DNA of 64,000 nucleotides, taken from Podarcis liolepis. Its lineage: Eukaryota. Made by a program: the position numbers and the translations under genes. Shown piece after piece: positions 39,266 through 53,317 of the stretch (the stretch's first letter is position 1; the number at the start of each line of letters is the position of its first letter). The notes below the pieces were generated by a model. The model had not been told where the DNA came from and made no database searches. It saw only the letters and a list, made by a program, of their open reading frames with translations. The stretch lies in the NCBI GenBank assembly GCA_965112155.1, contig OZ218101.1. One strand, given 5' to 3'.

Positions 39266-39350
39266 GTAATGCATTTCAGAGTCTTGGTGATTTAAAATAG
39301 TTATTATAAACTAAAGAGTACTTTCTTTTTCTGGACTAGGACTGTAGATA

Positions 39351-39579
39351 CAGGCAGCCCCCCCCCCCATTTACATGCGTCCAGTATGTGTTTGATCTTG
39401 TAAATGCACATCACGCCGAACCCAGAAGTGACCTGGAAACGTCATAAAGACATCACTTAAAGGGCGCAATGGGGGTGGGGTGTTTGCAGGCTTTTTCAGT
39501 GGGTTTCAGTTATACGCAATTGAACCGATGCACACAGTGCCTCGGAACGTAAACCCTGTGTAAACAGGGGGGCTGCCTG
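39351..39579. mobile_element. Tigger-like MITE
   Basis: TA TSD; TIRs CAGGCAGCCCCCC / GGGGGGCTGCCTG. Confidence 0.82.
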
Positions 39580-40866
39580 TATAGACAACAGATTCTCAGA
39601 GGCAGTTTTGTGGAGTGGCCGTTGCGTGTAGTGTGCTGATAGAATTTCTGCAGAACTTGTTTTCCTTCCAGTGGAGATTGATAGATCAGAAGCTATTTGC
39701 CACCTGCCATTTTACCACCATACTGATTTGCCAGGGATATGAGTAAGCTGCTGTAAAGCTGCATTAAATTGGGTTTTCCCTGCTCTATTATATCCCCACT
39801 ATATCCCACCCACCCTGGTTGAACAGAAATCAAATTTATTATATTGGATTATTCATAGTGCCTTAGTACTGGTAAAAGGAAAGTGTTTTACAAATAAAAA
39901 TAAACAGGACAACCTTTCCTTTTGGAAGAAGGAGATGGTTTATAGAGCAGCTATTTTTGAAGCTCTTTGTGCAGAATAGGAATTTTTATAAATGATCACT
40001 TCTGAGAGTATGCTGTCTTGGGGTGCTCTGATGATAGGAGGCTGCAGCCCTGCTACTTCTAATGGCAGGCTGGAGTCCTTCCCATCCAGTGGACTTCCTC
40101 ATGAGGAACTATGTGGTCAGCATTTCTTACCATTTCAGTAATAAAACCAAGATATGGCACATTAATCTGACACCACTAAAGATGGAAAGTAAACTGCATC
40201 AGTTGTTCTTAGTATATGTTCTGGGGAAAGAGGGACCAGTACAAACATTCTCTTGGAGAACTGACTTTCTAACAATACTTTGCATTTAGCTGTTTTACTT
40301 TTTTATGCAAGTATTTCTAAACCACCATATAAAATATCAGGACTGTGTGTAACATTAAAGACATAAAACACCATTTGAGAAAGCAAAAAATAGATAATGG
40401 TTAAGGTCACTGGCAAATCAAAAATTAAGCTGCTACAGTGAGCTTTCAACATTAATAAAAGGCCTTCAAGAGTCACCTGAAAGTCAATAGCAAGGGTGCC
40501 TGCTGGAAGAATGTTCTCTATAGGATGGGATTGCAACATCAAACGCCCAACTTCTGGTTGAGGCCAGTTGCGCTTCTGTAAAATGGGGGATTTGATAATC
40601 AAATGTAGTTTAGTTCTGGTTGAAGTAAGCCACTTATTGATTACTGTGAGGATTTAACTTGTGTGTGAAGAGACATCATTATTGCAGGCAATTTGCTGCA
40701 ACTAATTTTGTGCTGTTTCTTTTATATAGTCCTTTAAGATCCTTATAAAAGTATAGGATGCTGAGTTTAGGTAGGATTATGTTACCAGTGGCCCACATTT
40801 TAGTGGAGCATTCCTTTCTTCTCTGTTAAAATGTTTTATGGTGTTCATTCTTTGGTTTCATAAAAG

Positions 40867-41031
40867 TGTATGCAAGAGTCAGTGGAAACTAAGAAAAAGC
40901 ATGAAGATGTGGCAGATTTGGAAACCATTATCTCAAAGTCTGAAGAGCATGGTGGTGATGCTATTCCTAATCCACTGGAAAAATACATGAAAATAATACA
41001 GCAGAATCGGGAGCAGGAGTTTGCAAATGAG
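40867..41031 (+). CDS. OFD1: OFD1 exon CMQESVET…NPLEKYMKIIQQNREQEFANE
   Basis: 165 nt; hallmark NPLEKYMKIIQQ. Confidence 0.9.
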
Positions 41032-42714
41032 GTGATGTTGTCCATTATTCTTGCATCTAATGTCCTGTGGTTAATAGGAGGTCTCCCATCTAGGTTCTGA
41101 TTTGAAACAGATGTGCTTAGCATCAGCAAGATGGTGGTTTAATGCACCTGAGATGTATTAGTTTTGGAACTCATGTACTCCAAGAACAACCTCAGTAGTT
41201 CCTTTGTCTTTTTCACACTGGACAAGCAAGCATGCAAGATAGCATGTACACAACCAACTAAAGAGTAGAACAAGATCTAATTAATTTAAAATGTTGAGGT
41301 CTAGCTTTTGTTGTATCAGAAACTTGGGATATAAAGTCTACCTTATGTTTCCCCCACTTGAGGTCATTTAATAGTGTATTGCCAAATTATTTCGGTTAAT
41401 AACCAACAAAAATTTCCAACGTACTAGATTGTTGTTGCAAACCTTGTGGATATTTGCAGTTGAGCTGATTCTTTTGCAGCTTGCTTTGCGGTTATCCAAA
41501 ATTAACCATCTTCAGCTGAATTAATGATTAGCTTACAAGGACGGATTCCAAGCCATCATACTTCCTTGATTATAGCTTTTTGGCTTAATGAGTCATGCTT
41601 CATGCATATACAATAAATTTCTAGTAGCCACACTTGAGTTCAGCTTGGCAAAACCTGCTGTTTATAGCTACACTTTTTTGCTGTATGATATCAAATTCAA
41701 AAAGGAACAGTAGGATGTTAGATCCTCTCTGTGCATCACAATATCTAGGACTGAATGCTGTAAGCAACTGAACGAATCGCTGGAAAGCGCTATCATTTGT
41801 TACTGTGGGGGTGGCTTACCTGTGGCCCTCCAGATGCTGTTGAACTCCCAACTCCTGGTCTGTGGTCAATAATAATAGGTATTTGTAGTACAGTAACAGT
41901 TGGAGGTTCCCCACATCTGTTCTGCCTTTGATCTCTGTTAGTCATTTTGAATTGGTAATACGCAGTGATACCACTATAATTCCATCACGCTGCAGTACAG
42001 TGATCTCTACTTGGTCTTGTAACATACAAATTCTTGCATCAAACTACTTTCTTAATCTTTTATTCACTGATCACTTTTGACAAATACAAGATCATTTGAA
42101 TTTGGCAATAATACTAGAAAAAATAGTGGGCAAATACTTAAGTGTGTACATTCTGGTTTTAAACAGTTTAAACATACAGGTTTAAGATTACCCACAGACC
42201 TAGACCACAAAATTTTGTCTGGAAAAGGTCATACTATGGTAGAAAACCAATAACAGGACACGTGAAATATGCCAAACTAAAATTTCAGATAACAAATTCT
42301 ATTACAAAGCTGTTCAGACATAAGCATGCTATTTTTGAAATAAAGACCAAAAAAACCCATTGCAATCAATAAGATTGTGTCTCTATCAGTGGCTGTTTCA
42401 ATTGGTTGAAAGCAGAGAGAAAGAAGACCAGTTGCCATTTAGCACCTTCACTCCTAGAACTGCCCCACTCCAGCAGCCATTCCACCTTGCCATGTACAAG
42501 CTAGAACATGAATGTGTGTGTTCACCTTCATTCCCTCCCTTTTGCATTGTATCTGTTAGATGATAATGCATCATGGCAGTGACCTGTCCTTTCTACTCTC
42601 TGTATAGCACTTAGGGTAATTTTAAGTACCTAATCATATTCCTGTTTTTTGAGTAGCAATGGAATGTGGAGACCACACAAAAGCAACCAGTAACAACTTT
42701 CTTTTCTCTATTAG

Positions 42715-42776
42715 GACTTCAAGAAAGAAGCTGAAGTATTTTCTGAGAAACTCTCAGGTAGTGGAAAGGAGGACAG
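42715..42776 (+). CDS. OFD1: OFD1 penultimate exon DFKKEAEVFSEKLSGSGKED
   Basis: 62 nt, AG/GT, phase 0-2. Confidence 0.85.
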
Positions 42777-43226
42777 GTATGTATCTTGCTAGTGCTTGAC
42801 ATGTATGGTTCATATTTATTTATTTTTGCTTTTTTATCAAGTGGGGCCTTTTTGCATTAAAACAAATCCTTTCCATTAAACACTTTTAATTGCATACTAA
42901 TTACACTTGTCTGGTAATCTTTACTGTATTGCAGTAGAATTAAGATTTGTTAAAGTTTTAAAGCAAATGTCAAAAGAATGGATTGCATACTAAGTTTATT
43001 TGAGCAGGTCTCTATTTATAGATTGTTTGTGATAGCAGATGTTGGGGAAGGAGATTTCACCGCATCCCTATAAGTTTCCAAATTATCCCTCCCCCTAAAA
43101 AACCCTCCTCTAGATGATTGGGGGACTTATGATTTGATGTGTATGCTGTGTGAGGGAAGGGTAGATGAGAATTGAGGAAGGAAGTGTATTAGACTGTTTC
43201 AAAATTCATTATTATCTGTGTTCCAG

Positions 43227-43278
43227 CTTTAGTGCTGCAGCCACTCTTCATGGAGAGCCTGATGATGATTTCTGGTGA
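43227..43278 (+). CDS. OFD1: OFD1 last coding exon FSAAATLHGEPDDDFW*
   Basis: Acidic …DD.W* terminus typical of OFD1. All exons sum to 3072 nt (1023 aa + stop). AATAAA at 43526 and 43613. Confidence 0.9.
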
Positions 43279-44809
43279 ATATCAATTAGCAGGGGCTACT
43301 TGACCAGAGAAGTGGACTTCTTTTCCATCAGAGGAAGCACCACAAACTAGGGTGAGATTCTGAACATTGGAATATTGCCATCTGCATAATTCAGGAAGAA
43401 CATACTAAAAGTGAAACATTGCTGTTTGTTGGCACAAAGTTGCTATCAGTGCTACTGAAACAATGTTTCAGAGAATTGCTTCCTACCTGAACAACCAATT
43501 TTACGTATTTAAAATATGCCAGTACAATAAAGATAGCTTTTTATAGAGGCAGTGAGGGAAACAATCAAATCAGGTTGATTTACCTTGTTATACAAATGAA
43601 TATTTTTTAAAAAATAAAGCGTCAGTCATAGAAAATTCTGTGTTTAAATCTATTTGAAATATTTTCTTCCAGAGTTTATATTACAGACTTTACAGATGAT
43701 TGACCAGCTGTCTATATAAGCATAGCTCAGAGCTCTAGAATGAAAACAGTGTTTAGACATTTAAGTTTTGGGGTAATGTGCTTAAGCAGCTTTTGACTTT
43801 ATTGAATAGTGACGCTACAATTTCCTGCTGCTGCACATCCTTTAGCTACTCTTTAAAAACAAACTAGGGCATCAGCAAGAGTTCAGTCAAGCACACTTTA
43901 AAAATTAAGTGCTTGTAATTGGGACTACTTCCTATTAAAAGTACATGGTATTGAAAACGATGATTTACATTATTATGATGTTTAAATTTTGGAAATGGTT
44001 GTCATAGTATGAAACTGGCCTGAAAAAATGGGGCAACTGTGTCTGAACTCACTAAAATTGAATCATATTATCAACTCATTTTAGAGGAGAGTTCCTTGGG
44101 AAAGTGATGAAAGAATTAACCCACTTTGCAAGCTTTGTAATTAGTGGGAAATGCTGGTACAGCTGAATCGATGGCGCCTGATTTGTTGAAATGCCAGAGA
44201 TTTTGGAAGTTGAACTATATCCTGGCTTCGTGTAGTTTGACCACACTGCATTAAAATAATGAAACATACTATAGATGGGAAACTTTTGCAGTGAGCTTAT
44301 GAGAGACACCAGGCATGCCTCAAGCAGTTCTCCTAAGACAAAGTTGAGCAAATAGTACTCTGATTCAAAATCAATTACTGAGAACAGGCCCTTGCAGATG
44401 AGCATCTTTCAAAACACTTTTGCATATCTGTGTTTGCTAATTTGACTGCTCTCATTTCTTAAGAGACAGAAACTAACAAATTTATGTTTATGTCAAACAG
44501 TATCAAACCTGAACTGTGAAATACACTATTGTTGTTTTTTGCCCCAAAGGTAAACTAATAGTGGCAAATCCATATACCAAATAATGCGCACACTTTTTGA
44601 AAGTCAGACCCAGTCCAGAGGCACCCTAGCACTGAAGGATATCACATCTTGATAAGATGCAGGGAAAGATCTATCTTCCTATGTCCATTGGTTGCCATAT
44701 TTTTCAATAGATGCTAAAACTTCCAATTATGTGTCACCCAAACACTAGCTTTGGGATGGCTGTCTATACTGCTACAACTGTTTCAAAACCTTAAAATAAG
44801 CATACACAA

Positions 44810-44990
44810 NNNNNNNNNNNNNNNNNNNNNNNNNNNNNNNNNNNNNNNNNNNNNNNNNNNNNNNNNNNNNNNNNNNNNNNNNNNNNNNNNNNNNNNNNNN
44901 NNNNNNNNNNNNNNNNNNNNNNNNNNNNNNNNNNNNNNNNNNNNNNNNNNNNNNNNNNNNNNNNNNNNNNNNNNNNNNNNNNNNNNNNNN
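44810..44990. other. Assembly gap (N run) in the presumed GPM6B 3'UTR
   Basis: 181 N. Confidence 1.
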
Positions 44991-46575
44991 GTAAATAGCT
45001 ACATAGAATTAGAAAAGAATTAGGCTTTAAGACACTGTCTGTTACCTTTATGCAAACACTGGACTAGTAAGAACATCACCTGCATTGCTGTAGAAATTTG
45101 TTTCCTTCCATGCAACAGGTAAAAACAAACACTAAGCTATTTTTTATCTGCTCTATATAGATTTTGCCTCTTTAAAAAGAAAGTCAGATTAGGCATGTAA
45201 CAAACTCAAAATGCAAGGTAATACCTGAAGTTTTTTCCACATTAATATTTTTTTCCTTTAAAAACTTTCTAAAGAAACATGTGCTTCCTTTATCTTTATA
45301 CACTTCTGTATGAGCTACAGGAGCATGTTAATATTCAGCAAACGTTCAAAACTAATCAAACCACACATTAACATGGATGTATGACTTGACTTTTTTACTG
45401 ATTTAAAACTCACTGATGTACTTAAAAGTTTCTCCAACATTTATATAATTTTTTATTTTTAAAAAAGCACACCAAAGATACCATCACTAGTACTCGAGCT
45501 AGCACTGAATGTTTCTGAAAATGTTAGAAGGCAGATTTTGTGGGAAACACTTTTAAAATGGCACCCAATATTTTACTGAACACCAAATTTCTTAAAAGAG
45601 AAAACAAATAAGCACTGTCTATAAACGTGCTGAGCACCAAAATTGAGACGGGCAGTTGACCTGTGCTCTGTATGGCTATGGGTTTTTATGTTCTACAAAT
45701 TGTTATCTTCTCACTTGAAACAATTATATCAGTATAATTTCAACAAGGTAACACTTTCTGCTTTGATAAAATACATGATAATGATCTCCCACTGCTATAT
45801 AAATGCTTCAGACATTTATAGAAAATAAATATTAAGGCAAAGCTGACATTTATTTTCTGAGAAGGGGATCATTATCCTGATCCAAAGGTCTGTCTACATT
45901 CCATCAAATGGTATAAAATTAAAAGAAAACAAACTCTGGGCAACAGTGCCCAGCTTACTCTGGTAAGTGCAGTAGAACAACAGTGGCTCATTACAGCATC
46001 AATGAAAAGGGAGTGGCTCAGAAAATAACACTTCTGGCATTTAGTCCACAAAATCCAGTTTTAATTTTGACAGAGACTGAATAAGATTATTTGTAACTTC
46101 CTGAAACCGTATCAAATAAGCACAACTATCAGTATTCAGAAGAAAGGGAATAACTAGTCATACTAGAATCTTAGTTACTTACATCTGTGTATTTATATAC
46201 AGCCTTTAAAATCTTTTAGTCATTGCAGGGCTGGATACCAACTGTGGTAGCCTGTTTTGAAAGGAGCGTGTTCCTTCAATAATTCTTTTATAATTGCCAA
46301 GAGATATCCATAAAGATCCTTGACTTGGTAACTTGTTTTTCTAAAGTGGCCTAGAGACAACCTCTCTCCCCTCCCTCCCCCCCCCCCAAAAAAAACCCCC
46401 TCCAATCGCAGTGCTAAAGGAATGGAGGATATCCACTGCAAATTTTCCCTATGATCATGGCCCAGGAGCATGAATGTGAAGTTTTTATACTTCTGCATTT
46501 GCTTGGACATGCATCTGTTCTGCAGAGCAGCTGCTTGATGATTTGTCAGAGCTACAAAATTCTTCTGGCAAACAT

Positions 46576-46725
46576 TTATGTGTAAGAATTGAGTTGCTCT
46601 TTGGACCGAGACTGGATATCCTGAAGCTCCTGTTCTTCTTTTGCTTTGATATCCTGGTAAGCCTGCATTTTGCTCGCATCCTTTAAGTAGGCCCAGTTAG
46701 AGGACAGTATCATGAGGAAGTGTAT
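46576..46725 (-). CDS. GPM6B: GPM6B alternative terminal exon B: IHFLMILSSNWAYLKDASKMQAYQDIKAKEEQELQDIQSRSKEQLNSYT*
   Basis: 150 nt; M6a-like tail; long AT-rich 3'UTR, minus-strand AATAAA candidate at 43798-43803. Confidence 0.96.
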   Translation of the reverse strand: MHFLMILSSNWAYLKDASKMQAYQDIKAKEEQELQDIQSRSKEQLNSYT

Positions 46726-47976
46726 CTGGAAGAGAAGGGTGAGCATGATGGCTAGTGAGCATGTCAAGAGGCAAAGCAGGCAGCTAGTAAGATTAATTTT
46801 TAAAAGTTATTCTACATTATTAAATATTAAAAAAGGCAAAGAGGCTTATTTCTAAAGATCTCTAGAATTTTGCATGCTTAATTCTACTAAGTAGGTACTG
46901 GCAAAAGTTAGTAGGAAATAGGAACAAAAGCAGTTAATGCGAAAGAACAACAGAAACGGAAAAGCTTTGAAAATACATTGCAAGTTTACATGCTGAAGCC
47001 TAGAAGAGCAACTCAAGATAAATCTGTGATCGTTTCTTCCCCCACCCTCTTGAGTAAAGGAAAATTGTAATGTGGAAATTTTATATAGTTATCCTCTTAG
47101 AAAAGTTGTGTCCCGCCATACTCACTGGGGCAAAAATAGTTTTTTTTCTAAAATGCAGCTTTCTATATAAAAGGGTTTGCTTTGCATGCTGCATGGTTAT
47201 ACTTTGGAAGCTGATCACTGACAAATAAGTTAGTAGCACATAGCCTGTGCCACAAAAGTTGATCTTTTCTATTTCTTATAGGCCAGGGGTGGGGTGGAAT
47301 GAACTTGTTTCCATGCTTTTGCTAGAGAACTGCATGGCTTTTGTTTCTTATTTTTTTGGGGGGGGAATGAAAATGTCAGCTAATGAAAAGGGTATTCTTC
47401 AATGAGCCTAATTACTTGTCTCTCAAAACATTTGACCAGTAAAAACCCAAAGGGCTGGTGTTATACAGTAAAAATGAGAGGCAAATGTGTGGTACTTTAG
47501 AAGAGCACTTTGACAACAATCTAAAAGGTAGGCACTGACAGTTATCAAGAATCAAGCATGTATCTTGTGTGTCATCTATTTGTAGAACAGATGCTTTATT
47601 ATTTTTCAGATTAGTGAACAGCAGAGACAAAATAACTTATTACAGGCCCTTAATTGATCCAGTAATTATTTCAGAGATGATTGTTAGAAAAAAATATAGC
47701 TTGATGTTAAATGAAAGCCCTCCTTCCTTTAAAGGGATGATTTACAACATCACTGAAAATAACAATCTTCTCATAGTATAGAAAATAGCCAGCTCTCACC
47801 CACATCATTATTCATATACAAGAAATAAATTTGAATTAATCTAAAATGCTTAAAGATGCTTACTGAAGCTATTTACAATTTACTGTAACAAACTTCAAAA
47901 AAGCTAGACTCCTTAGTCTAGGGTGTCAGTGGTTTTTCAAGCTACACAGTGCAGCTCTTTACTGGGCTTATGCAAT

Positions 47977-48057
47977 TTAGAATTTAGTGCAGCAATCTTC
48001 CCGACTCTTAAACTTCAAAACGGCATAGTTATATGTGGTAGCCATCATGTAGATCAG
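47977..48057 (-). CDS. GPM6B: GPM6B alternative terminal exon A: LIYMMATTYNYAVLKFKSREDCCTKF*
   Basis: Acceptor ttctcttccaccag; phase 0; PLP/DM20-like C-terminus. Too short for the ORF track. Confidence 0.92.
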   Translation of the reverse strand: MIYMMATTYNYAVLKFKSREDCCTKF

Positions 48058-48777
48058 CTGGTGGAAGAGAACAAAACACAGCGTATAAGAGACAACAAAT
48101 TCTATTGGCCTTTTCGGAAGTTCTTTGTGAAAATTTATACTGTGTCAGGCACGGATTTCAATGAGAGCTATGGCAAAAATGACTAGCTCTGCTTTACCTA
48201 AGCTATGTAAGGGCCCCTGGTTGTTTCAATGGGAAGTACATCGATAAATTATGACTTTAAATGAATTTGGCAACAGAAGATTGAAAGCAGGTTGCTGCAA
48301 CAGTTCATTGACTATAAATGGGTCTTGTTTTTAATCAGACTAACTAGCTTCAGTACATTCAGGTACCTTTCATACTCCCCAAAAGACTTAAAGGAAGGAA
48401 AGACAGGAGTATTAATTAAAACTATTTTCAAAGGTAGGAAACCTCTGAAGTGTCCTGATGCCGGGAAGTTCTACGTACTAATGGCAAAATAGCTATATCC
48501 AAAAATGCCATAAATTGGCCATGCAACAGGATGGAGGTAAACGAATAGCAAAAAACAACAAAACCAAAAGAACTATTTTAAAGCTTGCTTTGGTGCAAAG
48601 CTTTACTGGGAAATGTAAGCACTTGCCTGCTATTTGGAATATCCTGAGAAAACTACAATCAGGTGCCAACAAACACAAAAATTATTACTTAGTTTAAGTT
48701 AAACAATATTTTAAAGATTACATCTGAAAAAGGAATACGTGGTTATTTTATGAGAGAGAGAGGATGATGGTACTCAC

Positions 48778-48843
48778 CAGGGCTATGACAGTAGCACCAG
48801 CTCCAGCACACGCCACAATGAACAGGTGGTAAGACAAATAGAA
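48778..48843 (-). CDS. GPM6B: GPM6B exon FYLSYHLFIVACAGAGATVIAL
   Basis: 66 nt; TM4. Confidence 0.95.
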
Positions 48844-50060
48844 CTATAACAGTAAAGAGGAAAATCATTGTCCTAGGAGCTCCATGGCACATTAACAAAT
48901 ATAACTCTCGGGAGGCTGCCTAGTGTGGAGGAAGATCCGATTCCAGGAGCCACTGCACCAACAAATATTTTTGAGGGGACGTAGTGAGTACTCTGCAAGT
49001 CCAATGTCAAAACCTATGGCACTTCAAGCTATTCAGACAAGGAGTCTGTGCCAGTGTTGCTGCAACATAGCACTGCCAGTTGTACCTAAAGGCCAAGTTC
49101 CTTCACACATCTGTGAACACAGGTGTGACCATGATACCATGGAAGAAGCCTAGTGGGAATCAGATTCTGCATACAGGAAACTTGCACTCATCTCTCTGAT
49201 TGTGACTGGGGGAAAATGTTAGCCTCGGTAACTGGATGCTGGTCGCCTCATGTGCAGCTTATTCAGGGCAATTTTTATCCATGCCAGCCAAGAGAAAAGA
49301 ATGAACAAATCCAAAATTATTATTTTGAGTGAGACTAGGGCCACCACCATGGCAGTTCCATCAGCACCACTCTATTAACATTATTCTAGCCCACAGTCGT
49401 AACTGAGGGATGCTCCTGTGTACGCCCTGGTTTCCCACATGCATGGAATGACATGGAAGGCAGCATAATAAGGCAAACCTGCCGAACCTGCCTGGAATAG
49501 GTGCTTTTATAACTGGCAGCTGTGTGCTACTGCCTGTCACTGTAACTCAGTTGCAGTTAGACAAACTGATCAGGAGGAGAGAGATGCTGTGGACCACAAC
49601 AGTCCAGTCAGCATGATGCCTTAGCAATAAAGATAGGAGACAGCCTATTCTGAGGGCACTATTTTTGCAGTTGTTTCTTATTCAAAGGAAGCCTGGCATA
49701 TTAATTAAGCATTGATTACTTATCTATACGCTATATCCTAGTGTTTACCATATTGATGTGTTTTATGCAAAAACTGATGTGGCTTGATGGAATAATTTTT
49801 CAGCACTATGTATTCCAGCTACTGAAGGGGTGGGAGGAGAAATATTGTTATCTCTTAACTGGCTATCCATAGAACCACTTAGCCTCACAAGTAGTGCAGA
49901 CCTATATCCTCAGAATGCTGTATCATTCATTCTGTATGATTAAGAAACCTTTTTTAAAATAAATAAATGGCATGAGCATTAATGTTTTAGCAGACCAATT
50001 GTTTATATTCCAGTTGTCAAGATATGCAAGACAAGCACCGGGTGTCGTAGTCTCGTTTAC

Positions 50061-50134
50061 CTCAGGGGTGCTGCACATATCTGCTAATGCTGACCCACAT
50101 GCCTTGCCAGGCACAGCATTCCAAGGGATGATAC
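50061..50134 (-). CDS. GPM6B: GPM6B exon GIIPWNAVPGKACGSALADMCSTPE
   Basis: 74 nt; PWNA.PGK.CG motif. Confidence 0.95.
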
Positions 50135-51935
50135 CTGAAGTTAAAATATCAAAAAGCCATTGTTAAAGCTGATAGCTGATGTCATTCTCCCTTCTGAAAT
50201 CCATTCCCCTTCCCCACCTACACACAAGTTGTGTTCCTTTAACAAGCACCCACACATTGACCAGTTCAATCTGGAGTTGGCACCAGCAAGTACAAAATCA
50301 CTTAACAGTGTTCCCTTTCTACATCCAGGAGAGATTCTCCTTGCCAAGAGATGTTCTCAGATCTAGGATTCCCATATGGCGGACAAATGGTTGTTTTAGT
50401 CACGATGGACACTCTTCTTCTTTTTAATCACTGTCATATGCTGTGCTTCCTGACTGTATTGAATGGGCAAAGGGATTACTGAAAAGGGTGCTTGCATCTT
50501 TACAGGCTCTGCCTTAAGCTTCGTGGATTGAGATTGCAATTGTGGTCAATTGCAGAGGAACTATTCAGAATTATCTCTGCAAGCCACTCTCTTCCTCCAT
50601 TGCCTTATTAAAGCCTCTGTTCCTTTTCTTCATTACTGATCTTCAGGCCATTTTCTTCCTGGTGGAAGTATATCATGTGACAGCAAAGTACCTCAACATA
50701 TTGCACTATAGAAGATATTCATCAAATATATTCATCTTTGACCTTTTTGGGGGGTGGGGGGAGCTATACAGCAGTAGGTATGTGTATCAGAGTTATAAAA
50801 CAATGGAGAAGTGTGTGGAGCACTAAGCCATGTGGAGTGAGAAAAAATATGAGCCAAGGTTTGGGCAACATGCCAACTCAACAGTCATGGCACAGCTCGC
50901 AGCAGCACAAAAGCAGCAGGACTAGAGGAGAACAGCTACTTTGTCTTGGAATCTCTATAAGTACTTCTATTGGCTTGTATCCAACTAAGTTGGATGAAAG
51001 TGAGTTGTGTCCATTAACTTCAATGGGTTTACTCTGAGAAGGACTAGCAGTGGATAAAAACCCATTATTTCCCAGGCTCGCCTCTACTGTGCCCTCCCCA
51101 CACATCTCATTTCCACTGGCCTTTCTGAAAGATTTGTATCCTTTAGCCAATGCCAGAGGACGTATGTTAGGAACCTTAAAATACCTGGAATCTGGATGGA
51201 ACTTCTAGAAGTAAATTGACTCAACTTCTATTATGTGTTCAACTGCCCTGTGTTCTATTGCCCTTCCTTTTTGGAGGTGATCATGTCCCTCACTCCTAAT
51301 CCCACACAAATAATCCCAGTCCCAGGGGAGGGTTGGGGCTAAACAGTATTTGTCACCAAATAAGCACTAATGATAGGAACAACTGCATAGTGTGTGTGAT
51401 GTTAATCAGGTAAAAAAGATCTGGTCCCATAATGTGTGATTCTTGGGAGCACAAATCTAGACCCCTGTTCCTTCCTCACACTGTTCTGACAATGTATTTC
51501 CATTTCAAAACAAAAGGATAAATGAAACTGCTTTGCACAAGCACATACACAATTCACATTATTACAGAAATAGTAAGAATATGCAGATATATAGCTAAAT
51601 TCAGGAGACTAGCATGGTAGGTTTTCAAACTATTTGGTGATGGGCTCAGGCTTGCTTAAGCAGTTTATTTTGCTGATTGTTTTATTATTAAGCCTGATAG
51701 CATAATGCGGATAACAGGCACAAAATCACTTTAGATAAATGACTTGCCAAATGCAGTTAAACTGGGTGCATCTGGAAAGAGGTCAGTGTAATCTGCATTA
51801 ATTGAAAAAGTAATGACATGTTCAGAGACTCCACACTTGGTTGCTTTTTGGTTCATCTCATAAGGCTAAGACAAACCTGTTGAAGATAGGACAAGGAAAG
51901 AGGATAAAGCATTTAATCAGGATTAAAATAAGTAC

Positions 51936-52107
51936 CGTATTGCCTGATATCCACACAGATCTGGTCCGCTGAAGCTGTCATATTTGCTGGGAGTGATCTG
52001 ATGACTTCGCAAGTTGACCATATGTTATAGAACATGAAGACCGGCACAGCCGAGAAGCCAAAGACGCCAAGCCAGGCCACCCCCAGTACGTAGGTCAGGA
52101 AAACAAA
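51936..52107 (-). CDS. GPM6B: GPM6B exon FVFLTYVLGVAWLGVFGFSAVPVFMFYNIW…QICVDIRQY
   Basis: 172 nt; TM3 and extracellular loop. Confidence 0.97.
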
Positions 52108-53160
52108 CTGAGGAGACAGGCACACATTTCACACAGAAAACCCCATTCTCATTAATTGAGGAAATCAAGGGTTAATCTCATTTACAGTACACACACTCCT
52201 GAATTTTAAAATCCAAGAGCATGTCACAGTCTCCATGTCTGATGTGAAGTCTCGGATTTTCACTCCATAGAGACGTTCCCTATAGCCCGTGTTGCGATAT
52301 TAAAAGCCTGACGTCGTTTTAAGTAAGCAAAATAAAAAGCAGCCTGATTTTCCACGCAGTAGTCATTCTGGGATGCTTTCTTTGTCATTGGAGTGGCACT
52401 TCATTACTGGGAACTGTGACTTCCTTACAGTATCTGTGGGTACCTCCCAATTCCTGCTGTACGCAATTAGGATAAGAGGGCATAGCTTCTAACAACAGGG
52501 AGTGCCAGCCTGTTGTCTCGGGTGAGCCAACTGAAAAGAATGTCATGCTTCAGCCAACTAAATTGGACCAAGAGATGGGGACAACTTAATTACATTTTGG
52601 GGGGGGGGGAATCTATAAAGTTAAAAATGAAGTGCTCTCAGTTAAGGGGGGGGAGAAATCCCCACCCCCCCAAAAAGCACAACCTGGCTGCCAAAAGCCC
52701 ATCACTGGACAAAAACACACAATATATAATCTGGACATTTTTATGAATGGTGTTAATGAAAACTTTGACAGAACTGTGGCCCACTTAAAAGTTGTAATTT
52801 CTTGGAAGAATAAACTTGGTAAAAAGGAGGATTATGTCCAAATTATTTTTTCCTCATACCTCTCTCCAATAAAGTACTATTTGAGAGAGAAAAAGCAGGC
52901 AAATTCACTTGGGATAAGAAAACAAGCTAGAATTAATACCTAATTCTCTTGTGACCATTAAAGGGAAATGTATAGCCTCTGCTGTTTATGTGGATGACTA
53001 AGGTTCAACTGCTAGCATCTCTAGCTAGGGCTTTCTGAAAGCCTAGAAGGACACTGCTTTCTTATCAAAGGCCAGCGTAAAGAGCTGGTGCAAACAACAC
53101 ACTAGATAATGCTATGGACCACTGGAGTAGTGGCAATCCATATTCCTGCAATGGACTCAC

Positions 53161-53317
53161 CATTCCACTGATGCAGCGGCCACAGATGGTTGTCTTGAAT
53201 TCACCATGCAGCTCCTTCACAGCACTTGTTGTATAAAAGCCCTCCGCCAACAGGATAATTCCATACAAGAAAAAAAATGATGCAATGCCATAGATCACAT
53301 ACTGCATTAGTTTTATT
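53161..53317 (-). CDS. GPM6B: GPM6B exon [52 protein letters not shown]
   Basis: 157 nt; PLP-family AEGFYTT motif. Confidence 0.97.
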
